NCBI GenBank assembly: GCA_002269645.1
Contig: NIVC01002870.1
Span: 69,300-133,299 of the forward strand
Length of the DNA stretch: 64,000 bases
Source of the DNA: Macrostomum lignano
Lineage: Eukaryota
Reading direction: 5' to 3'
The translations under genes and the position numbers were made by a program. A model generated the notes under the pieces. That model searched no databases. It was not told the origin of the DNA and worked only from the letters and a program-made list of their open reading frames with translations. Shown piece by piece: positions 48,830 to 64,000 of the stretch (its first letter is position 1; each line of letters starts with the position of its first letter).

Positions 48830-51076
48830 TTGGCCGGGTGGGAGCTGCGCTGCCGCTTGGAGCTGAATGATGTGCGGCAGTTTGAAGCATGACGTCATCA
48901 TTAGAGAAGAAAACAAAATCCCAGTAGGCAAAAAATTGCTGTGTTTTGTAAAAAAATATTTTACAGTTTTCAGACTTCTATATAAAATTGATTCATAAAG
49001 TGTACTCATATACTGCTAGAGCAATTAAGTGTGTGATAAAATGTTAGTATATACACTGTGCAAGTGCTACTAAAAGTAATAATCTTTGCAAATAGTTTTG
49101 TTCTTAAAGGTCAGTAACAATTTTGAGTATATTTGTTCTTCCAATAGTCAATAAAAATATTTATGTAAAAGTTGTATGCATTTTAAACTGAAAATCAATA
49201 TTTAGCTTTGCTTGCTTTATTCATACATAAATTCACCCTGTTCTAAACTTGTTAATCTAGTCTCCAAATGCTTAGAAATATTTTCAAAGACTTAGTGTGT
49301 TTTTTGAAGGAAGTAGAAAGAAATCATACCATAGATACTACTGATACAAAGAATACCAAGGAGATCAAAGTGAAAAAAGTAGATCTCAGGAATACATATG
49401 TAGTACTAAGAAGGATATGACCCTCTAATGCCTAAGGACTAGATAGTGAATGCATAGATAATTGCTACAACATTTACAAAAAGAGTTATTTTGAGAGTTA
49501 TCTATAATAAATTCTAGGCCAATAGTAGACTGCTCAGTACACAATAATAATGCTATCAAAAGAAGTAAATACTTAGACTTATTTTTAGATTAATACACAG
49601 ACTTATACTTAGAATTATACTTAGACTTATATTTAGACCATATTCTGAGATCTATCCTTAGAAGTTAATTATAGTTTAGTATAGCTTGGTGGTAGCAGTA
49701 AGATTGAACTATAAAAAAGGATAGAGCACCCCTTGTATAATACCAAAATTTAATTTTTATATTTGACTTGGACAAGTGTCTTGTAAAACTTAAAAGTTTT
49801 TAAAAATTAACATAATGACTATTTCTTGCAAATTTAATGCTTTCTTAATATCTGTAGTATATGCCCCCTCTATGCCTTGTTATACTTCTTTTGAATAGCC
49901 TTCTTGACCAATGTGCACTAGTACTAGTCCTTCCCAACTATTGTATAACATTGTAAGCTACATATTGGTAGTGATTCTATATAAAAGCTTAGATTTGCTA
50001 TCTACAAGACCATGTTTTACTCTGCATACAAGTGCAGTATAATATTTTACCATAATCTAGTTTTAGTTTTAATAATTTTAGTTTACATAAATATACATTT
50101 TGGCAACAGAAAGTGACTAGTTCAATAAAAAGATAGGCTATTTATACTTGCAAATATACTAATTCACATGTTATAGCTTTTAATAAATTATTTATCAACT
50201 GCCTGATACATATGTATGAATAGGCTACAATTTAATTCAAGGACAGATGATTGAATGTCAATATCTTGAGCATTAACAAAATATCTATTCTTTATTCAAA
50301 GCAGAGTTTTTATATATAGAATATATATATATACCTTAATTTTAAAATTGCACTTTGAAATTGAAAAGTGGATATGGTTTAGGTGTAGTCTTATAACTTT
50401 TTTTTCTTTTTAAGGTTTAAGCTTTATTTAATAAGAAAAATTTAACTCTGGGCCTTAAAATTACACTTTGAAATTATGTATAGAATGCAATTCCGTACCA
50501 TGTCTTAGGCAAAAAACCCAGATCTAAACCAACAATGATATTGAAGGCTAACATTGATAGCTCAACTTCTAAGCTTAGTAAGACAGCCTTCCATTTTGTA
50601 TTCTAATATTCTTATGCAACTATTATATGAGGAAAGTTGACTTATTGTTATTAATATTTAGCTGATTATATAAGGACAATTGCAATGATTCTAGTGTAAA
50701 GCACATTAAAAGTATGGCTACATATTTATAGATCTTTGGCAAGAGCACCATTTGGCTTTGGTCTATACTCAACTAAAAGCATATTGGAAAAATATATTTG
50801 GTTGAATATACCTTAGCTTTGTAATATATTTCTCATAAACATAGGCCTAGGCTCTAATAATAATACCAATGAATAAATTTAGTTTTATTTGCTAAGATTG
50901 TTTTTATTAATTGTTTTTTAGTCAACTATTTTTAATAGGCCTAGATGCTAAAAAATAGTTATTGCAAATGACAAAATGGTTATTGCAAAAGCCTTCTTTG
51001 CCATTATAAACTGTTTTTGTAAAAAATTTCTCAAAGTGGATTGAATTTCTTGGTATAGGGCCAGTATAAGAAATTA

Positions 51077-51451
51077 GGCAGTTGTTATTTGTCCGATGAC
51101 TGGACAAATAGCCTTTTTGCTATTTGTCCAGTTAAATTGCTAACACAAATATCTTATTTGTTTTGTGATGAATATTCTAGATTTTTTTAGACCTTTTCTC
51201 GTATAAAGCAGTATATTCAATATGTCATAATTTGGTGTATAAGATACACACTAGTATAACAATATAATAATCAAGACACGAGTAAGAAGTCTTTGAAGTC
51301 TAGGAATATTTACCCTTGTGGTTTTTATAAACTAGATATTTTAGCATTATCAATTTAACTGGACAAATAACAAAATGTCTGGTCAGGATCCAGTAACCGG
51401 ACAAATAACCACATCGCTATTTGTCCAGTCACCGGACAAATAACAACTGCC
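51077..51451. mobile_element. 375-bp Mutator-like MITE, 36-bp TIR, 9-bp TSD
   Basis: GGCAGTTGTTATTTGTCCG(A/G)TGACTGGACAAATAGC at both ends in inverted orientation (1 mismatch); AAGAAATTA at 51068-51076 and 51452-51460. Confidence 0.88.
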
Positions 51452-52659
51452 AAGAAATTATTATTATTAGGCCCCTATATATTTAGGTTATATTAGTTAA
51501 GGTCTATACTAGGCTAGGCCCTAGTTAAATTTGGCCTAAGCCTAGCCATATCTTTTTGAGATTTTTTATAGTTAGGTTTAGCTTTGTCAGATCTAGGCCT
51601 AGCATTAAACTAGGCTAGAAAATGAGGATATATATTTTTTATAAAAATCAAAGCGACAAAGGCTTAATAAATAGAGCACTTCTTAAATTAAAATGCAAAT
51701 TTTATAGATCTAGGCCAGAAAACAGAAGTCTGTACTCTGTATCATGCCATTAACTATCCCTAAAATAGAATCAAGCTGGGATGATGGAATCATGGGATTA
51801 TGCCATCAAGACAAGATTGATATCAAGATTTAATAATCAAAAATACAATACCACTGTAACACAAGTTAATAGACCTAACATGTCATACAATAATCGCAGC
51901 ACAGATACAAAGCCAAAGGAGTATAGTATAATGTAAACTCGTGTTTTTTTAGTTTTGACGCGAAAAAAACATTCTTTTCTTTTTTATTAGATTAGGCCCC
52001 TAGGCTAGGGGCTAGCAATAAATGCTATCGAATTTTCTTTTTCAGGTAAAGCATAATTTTCATAATAGATAGCGTTTACATAAAATTATAAAAATTACAT
52101 AAGTCTACAAGCAGGGCTAGCAGAACGGATAATTTTAGTTTATAGTAACAATAACAATACAACAATCCCACGACTCCAATGTAAGCGTGTAATAATGCAG
52201 GCTCCTACCCTCAAAAAGTAGTTGAGAGTAGGGCTTAGTAATACGTAAAAAAGAAGTTATACTCCGGAAACTTTAAATTGCATCCTTATAAAGAGATGTA
52301 AAGAAAAAAATCAGTAATAAATTTTATAAGCTAATTAATTATTTTGCAGATTAGTGACTTACTCCTTTTTTTAAGTTTATTGTACAAGATTTGCAGCTTG
52401 TTATAACAATAAAAATTAATATCATACATTTATATTATTCAAATTAAGATCTTAATTAAACTAGCTAGAGTAGTCAAGAGCTGACTTTAACTCTCTTCTT
52501 TAAACAATTATAAAGTTATTGCTTTTAGAACAGGCAAAAATTTGTTGTAACTTTTTCGGTGTAAAATTTTAAATCGTAGCATTCTACGAAATTCTACGAA
52601 ATTTCTACCGTCGGTTTTTTGGTTTTTCGATTTATAAATTTCTGCTTCGCATACGCATT

Positions 52660-59075
<6,416 letters not shown>

Positions 59076-59159
59076 AGCTCAGTGTGCTATGTGACTTTTT
59101 CTTGTGAATGATGGAAGTAAGGAATAGGCAAGCTGCGTCTGAGAACGGGGTGGTAACGG

Positions 59160-59902
59160 GACTGAGTACTGAGCAGTGAGGGACTTGAGGGACTGAGTCT
59201 GGTGAGCAGGATAGGACTGAGTCTGGTGAGCAGGATAGGACTGAGTCTGGTGAGCAGGATAGGACTGAGTCTGGTGAGCAGTGAGGACTGAGTCTGGTGA
59301 GCAGGATAGGACTGAGTCTGGTGAGCAGGATAGGACTGAGTCTGGTGAGCAGGATAGGACTGAGTCTGGTGAGCAGGATAGGACTGAGTCTGGTGAGCAG
59401 GATAGGACTGAGTCTGGTGAGCAGGATAGGAATGGGTCTGGTGAGCAGGATAGGACTGAGTCTGGTGAGCAGTGAGGGAATGAGTCTGGTGAGCAGGATA
59501 GAACTGAGTCTGGTGAGCAGTGAGGGAATGAGTCTGGTGAGCAGTGAGGGACTGAGTCTGGTGAGCAGGGTGGGACTGAGTCTGGTGAGCAGTGAGGGAA
59601 TGAGTCTGGTGAGCAGGGTGGGACTGAGTCTGGTGAGCAGGATAGGACTGAGTCTGGTGAGCAGGATAGGAATGGGTCTGGTGAGCAGGATAGGACTGAG
59701 TCTGGTGAGCAGTGAGGGAATGAGTCTGGTGAGCAGGGTGGGACTGAGTCTGGTGAGCAGGATAGGACTGAGTCTGGTGAGCAGTGAGGGAATGAGTCTG
59801 GTGAGCAGTGAGGGAATGAGTCTGGTGAGCAGTGAGGGACTGAGTCTGGTGGGCAGGGTGGGACTGAGTCTGGTGAGCAGGGTGGGACTGAGTCTGGTGA
59901 GC
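59160..59902. repeat. 24-bp minisatellite (GGACTGAGTCTGGTGAGCAGGATA)n downstream of the RNF113A stop
   Basis: About 30 units. Confidence 0.95.
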
Positions 59903-60353
59903 ATTGTATGTCGTAAATTTGTAAAACTGACCTTAGGCATTTAATGTTAATTTTAAATGGATTGTAAATACAATGTCTTGCATTTGCGACGATTTTTTGT
60001 GCAGCAATATTGTTTGACAAATAAAATTTCGCATTGTTTCAAGTTGAAACTTAATTTGTTAAATTTGTACCACAATGTGCAGCTGTGAATGATTTCTGTG
60101 CTGATGCGTTAATTATTTGCTTGGGTCCCAAAAATATTTGCTTGGCATTGAACCAGGGGTCTTGGCGCGAGAGTCCTCAGGCTTTGTTTTCCGTAGCAGC
60201 GCTAGGGAAGGGGTTAAATGTTTGAATATTTATCAAGGTCGACTTTATTAAGAAACGCAGGACGACAGCAGTTCCTGTTAAGGCAAACAGCCAAGTTGCT
60301 TACGGATGGATGCTATTTATAAAGCAAGATTCTGAAAATATTTTCATCGTAGT

Positions 60354-61677
60354 ATGTCTTGGCAAATGCGATTACTTTTAATATTTCCTGTTTATCTACA
60401 TGTTGTCAAAGGTTTCTATGCTATAATTGTAAGGGCCAGAATTTATGAACTGCTAATGCTTCGGTACAGGAAAATAGGTATCCGCAAATCGCTGCTCAGC
60501 ATCCTACTATATTTCAGGCGAGCTCCCCAGTCGCCGGAGCCGCGTGCTGAGCACCTGGCAGTCCTCATTTGGCGATGGACCAGCAGATTCTACAGCAGAA
60601 GCCAGGATGATGAAGAATCCATATTGAGCAACAAGACACTCAGCTAGTGCGTCCAAAGCGCCAGCAAGCACGAGGCAGACGGCGGGTTTCACTGGTTCGC
60701 AGTGCAGCTGAATGAGCCAGTGCTCATCAGATCTGTGACTGTGAAGGGCAGAGAGGGTGAGTCACTCACTCAAATGCGTGCTCAAAGTCTGCTGTCTCTG
60801 CTCACGGTGCTCTCGCATTCCAGATGGTGCATCGTGGGTCTTTGAAAGAGCCAGAGGCATTGAGATCTGGACATCAGACAGCAGCAGTCAGCTGTTCTCA
60901 GGAGATCACTGCAGCTCAAGGAGCATGAGCAGCCAGTTCAGAGAGTCCTAGCAGCACTGGATGATGTTCGGTTTTAGTCGCTTTAGTCTTGAGAAATCAA
61001 AACATTGTCTTCAGTAGTAAACTGAAGCAGCCCGAGTGAAAAAGTTACCTGTTTGTGCCATTACCATCGCAGATCAGACACCTGCTGCTCCGCAAAGACG
61101 TATCCGCGATTCAATCGTCAAGCTATTTCGACTTCCTAAGCATAGCAGATCTCAGGCTGCAGAGAATGCAATTAAGTTAGTCTGCTTCATGGTTTTGAAA
61201 ATGGTCTGGTTGTTATCAGTCACAGTTCTATTGTACATTTCAGAGATTTCGAAGCCCCAAATGGTTCTAGAAGGATCCAACTTCACGGTGCGCTGTGTTC
61301 CCCACTGTCAGGGCTGCGGTCTGTCCGGAAATTGTAGCATCCCTCAGCTCTGCTTTCCATCTGGCAGCTGTGTAGTCGGTCAGCAGGTGCAACTTTTTAA
61401 GGCGCGGCTTCTGCACTCTGGAAACTTCACTGCTAACTAGGTCACGTTGTGAGGCGTACAGTATATCCGTCACTGTTCTGCGTGAGTACGATTTGGGCAG
61501 GAACTTGTGCAATTATCTTGATATTTCAACTCGCGGATGTTATTTTAAACACTCGACAGGTCATTGTCGTTCATCAAGTGAACCATTTTTGGGGCAGTTT
61601 TCGCAGCGGTCCTTGTCGCTGTCGGATTCGTCCTTGGCTTCGTGACTGCGACCATCATTGTGTGCGGGTTTTTCCGA
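60354..61677 (+). pseudogene. Frame-disrupted type I membrane protein gene: signal peptide, F-type-lectin/discoidin-like domain, Ig-like domain, TM helix
   Basis: Splice-bounded segments: 60354/60366-60411 (MRLLLIFPVYLHVVK, phase 1), 60518-60756 (TWQSS...C...HWFAVQLNEPVLIRSVTVKGRE), from 60824 (FERARGIEIWTSD), ~61073-61175 (IRHLLLRK...DFLSIADLRL), from 61244 (ISKPQMVLEGSNFTVRC...LFKARLLHSGNFT), 61560-61677 (AVFAAVLVAVGFVLGFVTATIIVCGFFR). In-frame stops at 60645, 60949 and 61037, and frameshifts near 61430 and 61590. Domain calls come from recalled motif patterns. Confidence 0.5.
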
Positions 61678-61909
61678 GTAAGTCGTGCTCGGTGAGATCC
61701 CCGAGTTTGTAAGAATCTTTCTGATTAAGAGTTTCAAGTTTTCTGCTATTATTGATAGTATTATTAATTATAATTATAATTATTCAAAAAATTAATTAGA
61801 TAGTTTTCGATATAGCCAACGAGCCATCTTGACATCTTGTTATCAATAATATTCCGCAGGGTGCTGCGTGTTTATCTGTCATCTGAACAACCCCACGCTC
61901 TGCTTTGCA

Positions 61910-61911
<2 letters not shown>

Positions 61912-61944
<33 letters not shown>

Positions 61945-61945
61945 A
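61912..61945. repeat. (ACT)n trinucleotide microsatellite
   Basis: About 11 units. Confidence 0.9.
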
Positions 61946-64000
61946 AGCCCGTTCTTATGCGTCTTATTGTCGTTTTTATTCAGGTGTCCGCCTACTGACG
62001 CAGTCCTGTTGGAGTTAACACGGCCAGGGTGGTGAGTCAATAAAGCGCGACTGTGAAGTCTTTAATGCGAACGCTTCGGGTGCGGCCTTGAAATTTGTGA
62101 ACTCCGACAGTATAGGCTTTCGGTCTGACTTCTGATTGAATTCTCGATAGAGGTTTGGAATTCTATATTACGCGCGTACATTTTCAATACCCCTTTTCTA
62201 TGTAATCTAGTAATTCTATTTGTATCAAAGCACTAATAAAGTTCGTCTAGTACTGCTTTCTAAAACAGCTGCATGGCTGCTGGCTTTCTGTTATAACCTA
62301 AACCTTTGGCGCTCTCGTAGTCTTTTCTGTGCGACTGTTGCTTTTTTAATCCTGAAATCAAATACTCTGTTGAACGATTCAGTTTATTCACAAACTACAA
62401 AATAAAAACAGTCTTAATTAACCAGACTCAATGAAGACCAAATTACTAAAGAATTTTGTAAATGAATGCATCGTGAGCGAAGGTGCAAAATTCTAGAAGC
62501 GGAGTTGCATCTGAGGGATAGGTGTCATGGTTTCTGGTGGAAGTGGCAGCCATCAATTCGACACGTATTGATAATGTAGAGTACTGAATAAAGTTACAGA
62601 ACAATAAGGACGCTCTCTTATTCCCTTCAGAATGAAAGTCTATCAACAAGCGGGGTGTCAAACAAGTTGCAGCTGTGAGCAATAGAATTCCATAGCATCC
62701 TTGCGAGACGATCTAGACAAAAAATATATCGCTAGGGATACATTTGGCTGCCTCGCAACAAGGACGTCACGGGGGCATTCCATATAAATAATAGTACTGG
62801 CTTATGTACAGTATAACAACAAGATACACCTCGCCCAGCTTCTCGTGAGACAGAGTCCTACGGTGGCTATATTTAAGTGCAATTTCATCCCAGTTGCTTG
62901 AGCGAGTCAGAGCGGGTGTCTGTGCACTTTACATTTTCTGTACCACAGCCGGTAACAAAAATGAGGACAGATGCAGCAGCAGCAGCACTGGAGCTGATGG
63001 GGCACGGCAACAGGTGAGCTTCTCTGCATTGGCAGTTGGAGTGGCTGCAGGCAGGGATTGCAGAATGCGGTCAGCAGGATCTACATTAAGCGCAGTGCAC
63101 TGTTGAATCTTTCTTAAAATGAATGTTTTTCTACAAGCAACCTGCATGGTCTCTTTTTATCGTGGGTATCATTTTATCTATAAAGAAGAGACTATTGTGC
63201 TATTAACGTCCTTGTGAGTGAAGTGTACATGCCCGACGATAAATAAAGTTAGGGTTGCTGTACACTCCTGTGCGAGTGTGTGCCTGTGCGTATGACTGCG
63301 TACGTATCCGCGCGCTTGTGTGCCTGCTCGGCAGAGTCGGCGGAATGGGCAGCAATGCCTCTCTCTGGCCGGTTGTGCGACAATGTCGCTTATGCGCCAC
63401 GATGCAGACAGCGCCTGCCTCTTAATAAGAAGGCTCACGGGGGATTGCTTAGCTGCTGAGACTCAATCGGGAAGTTCCTGGTAGGCCAAACATCAAAGGG
63501 ATGTTGCTGAGATGCCAACGGTCAAGAGGATCGGCTTGATGCCAAGGCTCGAAGGAAATGCTGATAGCTCGTATATCTTAGACTAAAAAGCTGGCTTTCA
63601 GGGCGGGTGCTTTTTGCTTTGGAAATCTTTTTCTTTAAGAAACTAACAATTGTGACTCTAGAGCGCTTTATGTACATAAAAGACTGCCAGATGCTGTGAA
63701 CTATAAGCAATTGCTACACCGATATGGCAATGCATCGATAAGCGGTCAGCTTTGTCATTAAAATTAAATATGTCATTGGAATATGAGGACAGAAACATGT
63801 CATAAGAGTAAACATAGCGAGTGTTGACGTAAATAACAAGGAGGCCAATTTACTGGCTTGTGAAACCATGCTTTGAACTTGAAATAGCCGATTAAGGGCA
63901 ATTTAGCTGAAGAGGAAATGCGTCATCCATTGCGCCTCAGCCACAACTCCTGTGTCTCTGAATACTATATGGAATAGTAATTATAAACCTTTAACTGTGT

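Noticed and set aside
62940-63014. Possible plus-strand exon (PVTKMRTDAAAAALELMGHGN) with good splice signals
   Set aside because: No recognisable homology and could not be linked in phase to the lectin-Ig gene or to another gene.

Overview
Repeat-rich invertebrate (eukaryotic) genomic DNA with GC-rich exons and introns filled with minisatellites. The style suggests a flatworm such as Macrostomum, but this is inference only. Five spliced genes were reconstructed by hand from GT-AG junctions and reading phase. (1) One exon of RMI1 (minus strand; the gene continues off the left edge); it lacks its own ATG. (2) An endophilin-B-type N-BAR gene (plus, 5 exons) that stops before the SH3 domain. (3) A ~24-kb, 14-exon type II transmembrane collagen of the MACIT family (collagen XIII/XXIII/XXV, col-99; minus) with an unusual Arg-rich C-terminal extension. 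(4) A three-RRM hnRNP Q/R (SYNCRIP)/A1CF-family gene (minus). (5) RNF113A/Cwc24 (plus). Near the right end is a frame-disrupted signal peptide + F-type-lectin-like + Ig-like + TM receptor gene, probably a pseudogene. Mobile DNA comprises a ~7.5-kb Helitron-like element carrying a 5.7-kb internal 23-bp satellite, MITEs with 8-bp and 9-bp target-site duplications, and a tRNA-derived CORE-type SINE. About 20 distinct mini/microsatellite arrays, including a 6.4-kb (GATA)n block, account for most of the long ORFs in the track, which are non-coding. No CRISPR array, rRNA, true tRNA gene or autonomous transposase was found.
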